A stretch of DNA of 37,980 nucleotides from a virus (Duplodnaviria; Caudoviricetes): the IMG/VR virus record IMGVR_UViG_3300031658_000032, positions 1 to 37,980 of that record; one strand, given 5' to 3'. The stretch's first letter is position 1; every line of letters begins with the position of its first letter. Of this stretch, positions 16,611-25,526 are shown in pieces. The translations under genes and the position numbers were made by a program. The notes beneath the pieces were generated by a model. That model was not told the DNA's origin and did no database searches. It saw only the letters and a list, made by a program, of their open reading frames with translations.

Positions 16611-17564
16611 ATGGCTACTTCAGTATATCCAGCAACAGGCGGCATGGTTGACAACACTTCAGCAGCAAGTTTCATCCCAGAGATTTGGTCTGACGAAGTA
16701 ATTGCAGCATATGAGAAATCACTTGTACTTGCTCCACTAACTAAGAAAATTAGCATGTCAGGTAAGAAAGGCGATACTATCCATATCCCTGCTCCTACAC
16801 GTGGCGTTGCTACTGCTAAGGCAGAAAACACAGCTGTAACTATCCAGAACGCTACTGAGTCAGAAGTTCTAGTTACAATCAACAAGCACTTTGAATACTC
16901 ACGTATGATCGAAGATATCACCAACGTACAAGCTCTAGCTTCTTTACGTCAGTTCTATACTGGTGATGCAGGCTACGCACTAGGCAAGCAAGTAGACGAT
17001 GATATGTTTACACTTGGTAAGAAGTTTGGTGATGGAGATGGTTCTTCTTGGGCTACTTCTGCTGCATTCTTTAACGATGCTTCTACTGGTACTACTGCTT
17101 ATGCTGTAGACACTTTAGCTACTGCTGACGTATTTACCGATAGCTTCCTACGTGACATGGTTCAGAAGATGGACGATGCTGACACCCCAATGGACGGTCG
17201 TTTCTTGGTCATCCCACCTGCTCTACGTAATGCTATCATGGGTATTGATCGTTATGTTAGCTCTGACTTCGTTAATGGTCAAGGTGTTATGAATGGCAAG
17301 ATCGGTGAGTTGTACGGTGTAGACATCTATGTTTCTACTAACTGTCCTACTCTAGAATCAGCAGCTGAGAACGCTTCTGGTGGTGCTGTACGTGGCGCTC
17401 TATTGGGTCATAAAGACACAATGGTACTAGCTGAGCAACAAGGTATCCGTTCACAGACTCAGTACAAGCAAGAATTCCTAGGAACCTTGTATACTGCTGA
17501 CCGTTTGTATGGTACTCAGGTATTGCGTCCAGAGACTGGATTCATCATGGCAGTTAACGGCTAA
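16611..17564 (+). CDS. major capsid protein
   Basis: FIPEIWS, KKGDTIHIP, GRFLVIPP, GKIGELYGVDIYVS and LYGTQVLRP motifs of HK97-fold podoviral MCPs; followed by a terminator. Confidence 0.93.
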   Translation: MATSVYPATGGMVDNTSAASFIPEIWSDEVIAAYEKSLVLAPLTKKISMSGKKGDTIHIPAPTRGVATAKAENTAVTIQNATESEVLVTINKHFEYSRMIEDITNVQALASLRQFYTGDAGYALGKQVDDDMFTLGKKFGDGDGSSWATSAAFFNDASTGTTAYAVDTLATADVFTDSFLRDMVQKMDDADTPMDGRFLVIPPALRNAIMGIDRYVSSDFVNGQGVMNGKIGELYGVDIYVSTNCPTLESAAENASGGAVRGALLGHKDTMVLAEQQGIRSQTQYKQEFLGTLYTADRLYGTQVLRPETGFIMAVNG

Positions 17565-17578
17565 CATTAGCTAACTAA

Positions 17579-17626
17579 AGGAGCCTCTAGTATAAAACAT
17601 AACTTACTAGAGGCTCCTATTTTTTT
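17579..17626 (+). terminator. rho-independent terminator after the MCP
   Basis: 14-bp stem AGGAGCCTCTAGTA/TACTAGAGGCTCCT followed by a T7 tract. Confidence 0.9.
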
Positions 17627-17651
17627 AACTTTAATTAAACACAAGGAGTCT

Positions 17652-18023
17652 GTGATGGGCATACTAAGCACAATCTTTGGCTCAGGTGATGTTATTAAGA
17701 AGGGTATTGACCTTATAGATGACTTCCACACCTCAGACACTGAGATGATAGAGGCCAAGAATAAGGCCAAGATTGACTTGATGCAGGCCTATGCGCCCTT
17801 CAAGATAGCACAGCGTTATATTGCACTGATGTTCGGTGGCACATATATCAGCACATATTTATTAGTAATTGGTATGACGTTCTTAGGTAAGGATGTTACA
17901 CCAGTTAAAGAAATACTTAACGAGTTTCAAATTGACTGGATTATGTTAACTATAGTAGGCTTTTATTATAGCTCTGGTCTTGCAGATAGTATCTTACGTC
18001 CCAAAGACAAGCGTACAGCTTAA
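17652..18023 (+). CDS. putative holin (3TM/GTA-type)
   Basis: Amphipathic N-terminus with LIDDFHTSDTE motif, then hydrophobic segments and a basic tail. Confidence 0.65.
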   Translation: MMGILSTIFGSGDVIKKGIDLIDDFHTSDTEMIEAKNKAKIDLMQAYAPFKIAQRYIALMFGGTYISTYLLVIGMTFLGKDVTPVKEILNEFQIDWIMLTIVGFYYSSGLADSILRPKDKRTA

Positions 18024-18055
18024 TATAAATATAACATCAAGCACAAGGGGGCCCC

Positions 18056-18301
18056 ATGGCTCATAATAGCATAGAAGGGGTTACCTCTGATCTTGAGCGA
18101 TTAGAGACTAAAGCATTGTCACTAGAGAAGTACATTAGAGACTTAGAGATTGAGGTAGTAGTAATGAAGCTACAAGTCAAAGAGGTTGAGAAAGACCTAC
18201 GAGGCATCCTTGGTAACTTCTCTTGGCTGTGGAAAGCAGTCTTTGGTATCTTAATAGCAGGCATCCTAGGGTTTGTCGTTAAAGGAGGGCTAGTGCTATG
18301 A
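18056..18301 (+). CDS. coiled-coil protein with C-terminal TM (XhlA-like / lysis-associated)
   Basis: Heptad region followed by WLWKAVFGILIAGILGFVVKGG. Confidence 0.6.
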   Translation: MAHNSIEGVTSDLERLETKALSLEKYIRDLEIEVVVMKLQVKEVEKDLRGILGNFSWLWKAVFGILIAGILGFVVKGGLVL

Positions 18302-18747
18302 ATAAGCAACATAAGAAGAGAAATACACTTAAAGGTAACGTCCTGTGGGGCTCTGTGTTGGGCTTAATCTTCACAGGCATACTACAGGCCTACTTTTGGA
18401 CAAACGAGCCTCCTGTGCCCTATACGGACGTTACAGTGCTTGCTATGACACCTGCACCTAAGGGTTACCAGATTGAGGTATTATTTGTTAAGAATACTTG
18501 TACCTTTAAACGCTTAGAAGTCTTTGGTAACAACACAGGCGTCCTACAGTATCTAACATGGTTTGCACAAGACGGCTCACCTTCTAAGGACTACGACAGA
18601 TCTAAAGGTCAACAGTATATGAACATTGTTGCTGAGACTGAACATGATGCTTATGACGCTATTGAGATCAGAACGCGACATGAGTGTGCTGGTGTTGTAG
18701 TTGATAAACTATTTGCACGTATTGATATAAACAAGGCAGACAAATGA
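18298..18747 (+). CDS. N-terminally membrane-anchored periplasmic protein (lysis module?)
   Basis: Basic N-terminus, one TM segment and a beta domain with 2 Cys; ATGA overlaps on both sides. Confidence 0.6.
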   Translation: MNKQHKKRNTLKGNVLWGSVLGLIFTGILQAYFWTNEPPVPYTDVTVLAMTPAPKGYQIEVLFVKNTCTFKRLEVFGNNTGVLQYLTWFAQDGSPSKDYDRSKGQQYMNIVAETEHDAYDAIEIRTRHECAGVVVDKLFARIDINKADK

Positions 18748-19394
18748 AAACATATCTACAATTAGTAAATAACATATTGATACGCCTTAGGGAGCGTGAA
18801 GTTACCTCTATCGATGAGAATAGCTACTCTAAGCTAATTGGTCTAATGGTGCGTGATGCTATCGAATCTGTTGAGAGTGCTTGGAGTTGGTCTAGCTTAC
18901 GTCAGACACTTACGGTAACTACAGTAGATGGCACCTCAAGTTATGCCTTAACTGGCTCAGGTGATAAGACTTCAGTGTTACGTGTCATTAATGATACTAG
19001 CAATAACTTCATGCACTACAAGACAGATCAATGGTTTGACAATACCTTCTACAATGGTACACCAGCTGAAGGTTCACCTAACTACTATGTCTTTGATGGT
19101 ATAGACACTAATGGCGATACCTTAGTTAAACTATATCCAGTACCTGATGGCGTCTATAGTATCGCCGTGAAGGTACTTAAACGCTCACCTGACATTGTTT
19201 TAGACTCAGACACACTAGACGTACCCTTCTTACCTGTGCAAGCCCTAGCCTATGCTATGGCCATAGAGGAGCGTGGAGAGGACGGAGGTATGTCCCCTGT
19301 ATCAGCTAAGTCTTTAGCTCAGGGCTACCTATCGGATGCTATTGCTATTGATGCAGGTAAGCATCCTGAGGAACTAATCTGGGAGGCACCATAA
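18744..19394 (+). CDS. head-tail adaptor (tail tubular protein A-like)
   Basis: MKTYLQLVNNILIRLRE...WSWSSLR...LYPVPDG pattern; position after the MCP and lysis genes. Confidence 0.8.
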   Translation: MKTYLQLVNNILIRLREREVTSIDENSYSKLIGLMVRDAIESVESAWSWSSLRQTLTVTTVDGTSSYALTGSGDKTSVLRVINDTSNNFMHYKTDQWFDNTFYNGTPAEGSPNYYVFDGIDTNGDTLVKLYPVPDGVYSIAVKVLKRSPDIVLDSDTLDVPFLPVQALAYAMAIEERGEDGGMSPVSAKSLAQGYLSDAIAIDAGKHPEELIWEAP

Positions 19395-19395
19395 G

Positions 19396-20952
19396 ATGGC
19401 TAAACCATTACTAGCGGCCTCCATAGTTGCCCCAGCCTTCTATGGCTTAAACACTCAAGAGTCTGGAGTAACACTTCAGGAAGGCTACGCACTACACGCA
19501 GACAACTGTGTCATTGATAAACAAGGCCGCTTAAGTGCACGTAAGGGCTGGGCTTATCAGACGTTATCCGTAGACACTGTTGTTGATGCTAACGTAGATA
19601 TTGACCTATTAGGCATGTCAGACTTTAAGGATATTGCAGGTGTAGATACCCGTCTATCATGGTCTAGTAATAAGTTCTATAAAGGAACTACAGACTTAAC
19701 CACAATAACACCAACAACTACAGACACTCTAGAAGATGGTAACTGGCAAGCAGCTACACTAAATGACCATCATTACTTGTACCAACGTGGCTATATCCCT
19801 TTAATATACTCCAATGAAACAGGCTCAGAAGTATTTGAATCCTATGCGACACATGCTCACGCCACCACAGGCTACCAGAGCGCTAACACAGTCTTAGCGG
19901 CTTATGGTCGTTTATGGACTGCAGACACTGTCACTAACAAGACTACAGTATGGTTCACTAACGTCCTTGAGGGTGGTAACTTCGCCTCAGGCACTGCAGG
20001 CTCTCTGGACATCTCCAGTGTCCTTACTCAAGGTATGGATGAGATAGTCGCCTTAGGTGCACATAATGGATTCCTAATAATCTTCTGTAAAGATAATATT
20101 ATAATCTACAGTGATGGTGACAACTATCAATTAGGTATGACTACTGCAAGCCTAACCTTAGTGGAAGTTATCCAAGGTGTAGGTTGCATAGCTAGGGACA
20201 GTGTACAGAATACTGGTGAGGACATACTGTTCTTAAGTAACACTGGTGTACGTTCATTGAATCGTACTGTACAAGAGAAGTCACAACCTATGCGTGATAT
20301 CTCTAAGAATGTACGCGACGACATGATGATAGCTATTGAGTCAGGCATACCTGAAAATATTAAGTCAGTCTACTCACCTCATTTAGCTTTCTATCTATTA
20401 TCGTTTCCTGCATCACGTCAGACCTTTGTGTTTGATACACGTCAGCCATTACAAGACGGTAGCTATAGGGTGACAGTATGGCCTGCATTAACACCTGAGG
20501 CTTTCCTATCTTCAGGACAGTCTTTATTCTTTGCACAGCCTAATGGTATTGCAGAGTATAGAGGTTATCAAGACAATGGTATCCAATATCAGATGTCATA
20601 CTACAGTAACTTCTTTGACCTTGACTTGCCTAACGTAAACAAGATCGTTAAGCGACTCACAGCCACTACAGTAGGTGCTACAGGTCAAGACTTTGCACTT
20701 AAGATAGGCTATGATTATAGTCCCATCTACTACTCACATGCCTTTACCTTAGAGTCAGGCTTTATTTATGAGTATGGTGTCTCTGAGTATAACCTAGCTG
20801 AGTATGCAGGTTCAGTATTAATTAATGACCAACAAGCAGCAGCCTCAGGCGCAGGTAACATACTTCAGGTAGGCTTCACAGCTGAGATCAATGGAGGCGC
20901 ATTGAGCCTACAGAAACTATCAATATACGCTAAACAAGGTAAGGTAATTTAA
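19396..20952 (+). CDS. tail nozzle / stabilisation protein (tail tubular B / P22 gp10-like)
   Basis: FYGLNT...ADNCVID..GRLSARKG; GVGCIARDSV...DILFLS..GVRSL beta-propeller motifs. Confidence 0.82.
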   Translation: MAKPLLAASIVAPAFYGLNTQESGVTLQEGYALHADNCVIDKQGRLSARKGWAYQTLSVDTVVDANVDIDLLGMSDFKDIAGVDTRLSWSSNKFYKGTTDLTTITPTTTDTLEDGNWQAATLNDHHYLYQRGYIPLIYSNETGSEVFESYATHAHATTGYQSANTVLAAYGRLWTADTVTNKTTVWFTNVLEGGNFASGTAGSLDISSVLTQGMDEIVALGAHNGFLIIFCKDNIIIYSDGDNYQLGMTTASLTLVEVIQGVGCIARDSVQNTGEDILFLSNTGVRSLNRTVQEKSQPMRDISKNVRDDMMIAIESGIPENIKSVYSPHLAFYLLSFPASRQTFVFDTRQPLQDGSYRVTVWPALTPEAFLSSGQSLFFAQPNGIAEYRGYQDNGIQYQMSYYSNFFDLDLPNVNKIVKRLTATTVGATGQDFALKIGYDYSPIYYSHAFTLESGFIYEYGVSEYNLAEYAGSVLINDQQAAASGAGNILQVGFTAEINGGALSLQKLSIYAKQGKVI

Positions 20953-20954
20953 CC

Positions 20955-23642
20955 ATGTCTAACTACACTAAAGCAACTAACTTTGCTACTAAGGATGCCC
21001 TCACTACGGGTAACCCTCTTAAGACCTTAAGTGGCACTGAGCTTGATGATGAGTTTAATGCTATTCAGGTAGCCAACGCTACTAAAGCTAATGCTTCTAA
21101 CGCTGCCTTAACTGGCGTACCTGTGGCGCCTACGGCTGCTGCAAATACTAATACGACTCAGGTAGCTACTACAGCCTTTGTCACTACAGAAGCTAATCTT
21201 AAAGCTGACTTAGCGAGTCCTACGTTCACTGGTGTACCAGCGGCTCCTACAGCAGTGGCAGACACTAATACTACACAAGTAGCTACGACTGCTTTTGTAA
21301 CCACAGAAGCTGCACTAAAGGCTGACTTAGCTGGAGCTGCGTTTACTGGTGCTATTACTACTACGTCTACTATTGATGGTATCGATATTGCTACTAGGGA
21401 CGCTGTACTTACAACTACGACTACTACTGCTGACGCTGCGCTACCTAAAGCTGGTGGAGCCATGACGGGTGCTATCACCACTACTTCTACCTTCGATGGT
21501 CGTGACGTAGCTGCTGATGGTGTCTTAGCTACTAATGCTATGCCTAAGTCAGGTGGAGCATTCACTGGTGCGGTGACTACTAACTCCACAGTGGACGGTG
21601 TTGACATTGCTACACGTGATGGCGTCTTAAGCACTACAACTACTACAGCTAACGCAGCGCTACCTAAAGCTGGCGGCACGATGACAGGTGTTATTGCAGG
21701 CTTTGACTCTACTGGTATCGCTGATAATGCTACAGCTACTAAGCTAACGGTAGCAGACACAGGCATAGACGTAACTGGCACTGTAACGGCTGATGGTTTG
21801 GTTGTTGATGGTGATTCTCTTATAAAGGGAGGGTCTGGCGTAGATAATGGAGGTGGTACATTACTTATAGACTCCTCAGAATCATTAGCTGCTGGTATTG
21901 GTGGCTCCATATCTTTAAGGGCAGATGACGGTTCAGGTACTCAAAGAACCTTTGGTGTAATTAAAGGCTCAAAAGATAGTGCAACATCTAGCAACTTTAG
22001 TGGTGGTTTAGACTTCTATACTCGTGTATCAGGGGTTGGTGATGCTCAAAAGAGAATGGCATTAAAATCCAACGGAGATATCTCATTCTACGAACCAACA
22101 GGCACAAATGCTAAGTTCTTCTGGGATAGTTCGGCTGAGAGCTTGAAGTTAAGCGGTACAGGAGGTTTAGAGCTAGGCTTTGACCAACCCATACAAATAG
22201 GCAGTGCCACCTACCCATTAAAAATAAGTAGATCGGCAGCAGGCAGCTTAGTCTCCACTATAAGTGATGGTTATGATGTCTCAAACACTAGAATTGACTT
22301 TGTTATGCGCGAAGGTAGTGCTTACGAAGTTACCCCGTTATCGATAACCGCCTCTGGCAACGTAGGTATTGGTACTAGCTCTCCCCGTACTTCTTTAAAT
22401 GTAACAGCGGCTTCTTCCGATAGTCCAGCGTTAGGCACAGCTAGTGGTGGCTTGACTATTGCTCAGGTATCCAACGGCTATGGCCTAAATATGGGCGTGG
22501 AAGGTAGTGGGACATCATGGATACAGGCCATGCGTTTCGATGGTACAGCAACCGCGTACTCCTTAGCACTTCAAGCTAATGGCGGCAACGTAGGCATTGG
22601 TACTAGCTCTCCAACATCCATGTTACATTTAGCACCTATAGCTTATTCTACTAATCAGTCGGACGGCATAACCTTATCTAATACTTCTAACTCTACTTGG
22701 GATTCTTCAATTCTATTAGAGTCGGACGCTACTGGTACACCGCACTTAGTTATTAACTCTCCTGCTTCCAGTAGATCAATAACTATGGGAACAGACGGTG
22801 TAATATTTAAAAATGACTCCACAGCGTCTATGACCATAGACACATCTGGCAACGTGCTTGTTGGTAAGACTAGCTCTACATATGACAACACAGCAGGACT
22901 AGGATTATTCCCAAGTGGGCGTGTATACGCTACAAGAGATAGTGGCAATCTGTTGTACCTTAACCGTACAGGCTCTGATGGGGACGTAGCATCCTTCCAG
23001 AAAGACAGCACTTCGGTGGGTAGTATTGGTGCCTATAGTAGTGATTTACATATAGGTAAAGGATATACAGCTCTTAGGTTCTATGATACTGGTTCTGCAA
23101 TACTCCCCAGAACTACAGGAGGAGCTAATGTTAACGGTCTAATTGATTTAGGTGGTGATACAGGCGTTGCAGGTCAGTTCAAAGACCTATACCTATCAGG
23201 CGGCGTATACCTCGGTGGCACTGGTTCTGCTAATAAGCTAGATGATTATGAAGAGGGTACTTGGAATCCTGTGATAACAGGTTCGTTAACCACAGGCACC
23301 CCTACGTACAGTGTGCAGGAAGGTCAGTATACTAAGGTAGGTAACTTAGTCACTGTAACAGGGCGTCTTGTACTAACCTCCTTAGGTTCTGCGTATGGGG
23401 ACATAGAGATAACGGGCCTGCCTTTCACGTCTCAAAGCACCCATTCAACGCCTATTAGTGTTTCAGATACAGATTCCCTGAACTTAGGTTCTGCTATGGG
23501 AGTAGGGGGCTATGTCACAGCAAGCGCGACTGTTATTGCACTTAGTGTTAATGATGATGTATACGGAGACACTGTGCTGAGTAGTAATAGATTATCCTCT
23601 AATGGAGAACTTAGCTTTAGTGGCACATATCAAACCAACTAA
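20955..23642 (+). CDS. tail fibre protein with modular repeats
   Basis: N-terminal anchor MSNYTKATNF...ELDDEFNAI; APTA..NTTQVATTAFV x2; GG.MTG repeats; GNVGIGTSSP x2; NKLDDYEEGTW distal domain. Confidence 0.9.
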   Translation: MSNYTKATNFATKDALTTGNPLKTLSGTELDDEFNAIQVANATKANASNAALTGVPVAPTAAANTNTTQVATTAFVTTEANLKADLASPTFTGVPAAPTAVADTNTTQVATTAFVTTEAALKADLAGAAFTGAITTTSTIDGIDIATRDAVLTTTTTTADAALPKAGGAMTGAITTTSTFDGRDVAADGVLATNAMPKSGGAFTGAVTTNSTVDGVDIATRDGVLSTTTTTANAALPKAGGTMTGVIAGFDSTGIADNATATKLTVADTGIDVTGTVTADGLVVDGDSLIKGGSGVDNGGGTLLIDSSESLAAGIGGSISLRADDGSGTQRTFGVIKGSKDSATSSNFSGGLDFYTRVSGVGDAQKRMALKSNGDISFYEPTGTNAKFFWDSSAESLKLSGTGGLELGFDQPIQIGSATYPLKISRSAAGSLVSTISDGYDVSNTRIDFVMREGSAYEVTPLSITASGNVGIGTSSPRTSLNVTAASSDSPALGTASGGLTIAQVSNGYGLNMGVEGSGTSWIQAMRFDGTATAYSLALQANGGNVGIGTSSPTSMLHLAPIAYSTNQSDGITLSNTSNSTWDSSILLESDATGTPHLVINSPASSRSITMGTDGVIFKNDSTASMTIDTSGNVLVGKTSSTYDNTAGLGLFPSGRVYATRDSGNLLYLNRTGSDGDVASFQKDSTSVGSIGAYSSDLHIGKGYTALRFYDTGSAILPRTTGGANVNGLIDLGGDTGVAGQFKDLYLSGGVYLGGTGSANKLDDYEEGTWNPVITGSLTTGTPTYSVQEGQYTKVGNLVTVTGRLVLTSLGSAYGDIEITGLPFTSQSTHSTPISVSDTDSLNLGSAMGVGGYVTASATVIALSVNDDVYGDTVLSSNRLSSNGELSFSGTYQTN

Positions 23643-23693
23643 TAAACCTAATACACCTAGTGGATTCTAGGTGCAGACTGAAGGAAATACAAA

Positions 23694-23948
23694 ATGGCTT
23701 TAATCAAAGTAACACAGTTAGACAAGACAGAAATCGTAGGCCCCTTTAAGCACGTACAGTGCCGCCATGCCACTTGGGTGGAAGATGATGGTGTCATGAT
23801 TGGTGGCAAGAGCTTCTCACGTCACGTAATAGCACCTAACGATGATGTATCAGGTGAACCAGTAGAAGTCCAAGGTATCGTGGCTGTAGTACACACTCAG
23901 GCTATTAAAGACGCTTATGCCGCTCACTTAGCAGCACAGGAAGAATAG
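23694..23948 (+). CDS. small tail-fibre-associated protein
   Basis: 84 aa after the fibre with AAGGA RBS; RHVIAP.DDVSGE..EVQ.I..VHT pattern typical of marine phage fibre partners. Confidence 0.7.
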   Translation: MALIKVTQLDKTEIVGPFKHVQCRHATWVEDDGVMIGGKSFSRHVIAPNDDVSGEPVEVQGIVAVVHTQAIKDAYAAHLAAQEE

Positions 23949-23949
23949 C

Positions 23950-24024
23950 ATGGCTATTTCATACACTTGGCGCATCAATCAGTTAGAACGTGACGTTGGT
24001 ATGCCTTGGGCTGTAGCTGAGTAA
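23950..24024 (+). pseudogene. 24-aa remnant of a fibre-associated gene, apparently internally deleted
   Basis: MAISYTWRINQLERDVGMPWAVAE joins the typical N-terminus (MAxxYTWxIxQLER) and C-terminus (GxPW) of a roughly 100-aa marine phage protein family, recalled from memory. Confidence 0.55.
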
Positions 24025-24047
24025 ACTATTAAGAGGAGAGGTGAGAC

Positions 24048-25505
24048 ATGGCACAAGCACGTGGAACAGGTACAGGCACTACAACTGCTAGGGCTGAAGA
24101 TAAGGCAGCTAAGGCAGCTAAGAAGAAAGCACGGATAGCTGCACACAAGAAGACACTAGCTAAGATGGCTAAAGATAAGAAAGCCTCAGCACGTCTTAAG
24201 GCTTCTAGAGAAGGTGCTGCTGAAGATAAGCGCATTGAAGCTGAAACTAAAGCCACACTTATTAGGGTAGCTAAGGAAACTAAAGATTCTAACGCTAAAG
24301 CAGCTAAGAAAGCATTATTAGATAAAGCTGTAATGAAACAGGAGACTGATAAGCGTGCTGCAGCTAAAGCTAAGGCTACTAAAGACGCTAACGCTAAAGC
24401 CCTTAAGGTCGCTAATGACAAGATAGCAGCACAGAAGAAAGCTGATAGAGATGCTGATGACAAGAAGGCTGGCGTCAAGGCTTTGGCTCTTGCAGCTAAG
24501 AAGTCTAAAGTTAAGCGTGATAACAAAGCTACTGCTGATAAGTTAGCTCGACAGGAAGCTCAGTTAGAGCCTAAGGTTGCTAAGACGCCTAAGGCAGCTA
24601 AAGAAACTAATGTGAACAAGGTTGATGCTTTGACACGTAAGGAAGCTCAGTTAGACCCTAACATTAATCTTACAGAACAAACAAAGTCAGGGGCTAATTA
24701 CCCACAAGGTAAAGCTAAGGAACTTGAGATGCCTGACACAGCCTTAGGTTGGTTAAGTACTGCAGCCAATCCTTTAGCGGCTATCATTAAGAAAGCAGGG
24801 GCAGCCTTTTGGAATCAAACTAACTATGGTATGAATGATGAAGCTAAGGCAGAGTATGAAAGACTACTACAGCTACCTGAGAACAAGGGTCTATCTGAGA
24901 AGGAATTAGTTACCTTAGCACGTAAACCTCAGATTGATAAACAATTACCCCATGCTTTTATTGAAGGTCACCCAACAACTAAAGATCAGAAGGCTATTGC
25001 TAAGCTTACTGGAGGCAGGCCACCTAGCTCCTCAGTGTACAATACTGATGGTTCAGTAGACATTAAGGCTACAGCGGCTACAGCGGCACCTGCTGCACCT
25101 CAAGGTGGTATGCTTACTACCCCAGAGGCTCCACAAGCTCCTCAGGCACCTCAGGCACCTCCGTTAGGTCAGTTACCTACTGGCAACCCTTACGAGCCAC
25201 CAGCACCTCAGGACAGACCTTCATGGGCGCCTCCTGTTAATGGCAACCAAGGTTCACAAGCACCTAGGCAGCCTTGGGCACCTAATTGGCCTTCACCTGA
25301 GTTACCTCGACATGGTAACCCTGTTATGTGGGGTGGGTCACCTCAGATGCCTCATATGCCTCAGCAGCCTCAGCAGCAACAGAATCCTATGTGGGCACCT
25401 CAGTGGGATATGAGTCCTCAGGCTAGACCAGCATGGGCACCTAAAGAAGGCGGCATGTTACAGGCACCTATGCAGCTACAAGCGCCACCGACTCGTTGGT
25501 CATAA
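24048..25505 (+). CDS. putative internal virion protein: Lys/Ala-rich N-terminal half, Pro/Gln/Trp-rich C-terminus
   Basis: Strong RBS GAGGAGAGG; low-complexity composition; position between the fibre and the other large helical proteins. Confidence 0.65.
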   Translation: MAQARGTGTGTTTARAEDKAAKAAKKKARIAAHKKTLAKMAKDKKASARLKASREGAAEDKRIEAETKATLIRVAKETKDSNAKAAKKALLDKAVMKQETDKRAAAKAKATKDANAKALKVANDKIAAQKKADRDADDKKAGVKALALAAKKSKVKRDNKATADKLARQEAQLEPKVAKTPKAAKETNVNKVDALTRKEAQLDPNINLTEQTKSGANYPQGKAKELEMPDTALGWLSTAANPLAAIIKKAGAAFWNQTNYGMNDEAKAEYERLLQLPENKGLSEKELVTLARKPQIDKQLPHAFIEGHPTTKDQKAIAKLTGGRPPSSSVYNTDGSVDIKATAATAAPAAPQGGMLTTPEAPQAPQAPQAPPLGQLPTGNPYEPPAPQDRPSWAPPVNGNQGSQAPRQPWAPNWPSPELPRHGNPVMWGGSPQMPHMPQQPQQQQNPMWAPQWDMSPQARPAWAPKEGGMLQAPMQLQAPPTRWS

Positions 25506-25526
25506 TATTAATAAGGAAACAATCAA

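Noticed and set aside
21158-21910. 250-aa antisense ORF inside the tail fibre
   Set aside because: It is a shadow of ACT/GCT/GGT-biased codons on the coding strand, with no evident RBS or recognisable motif.
24029-24526. 165-aa Leu/Ala-rich antisense ORF resembling a membrane protein
   Set aside because: It is the mirror of the GCT-AAG (Ala-Lys) repeats of the plus-strand gene.
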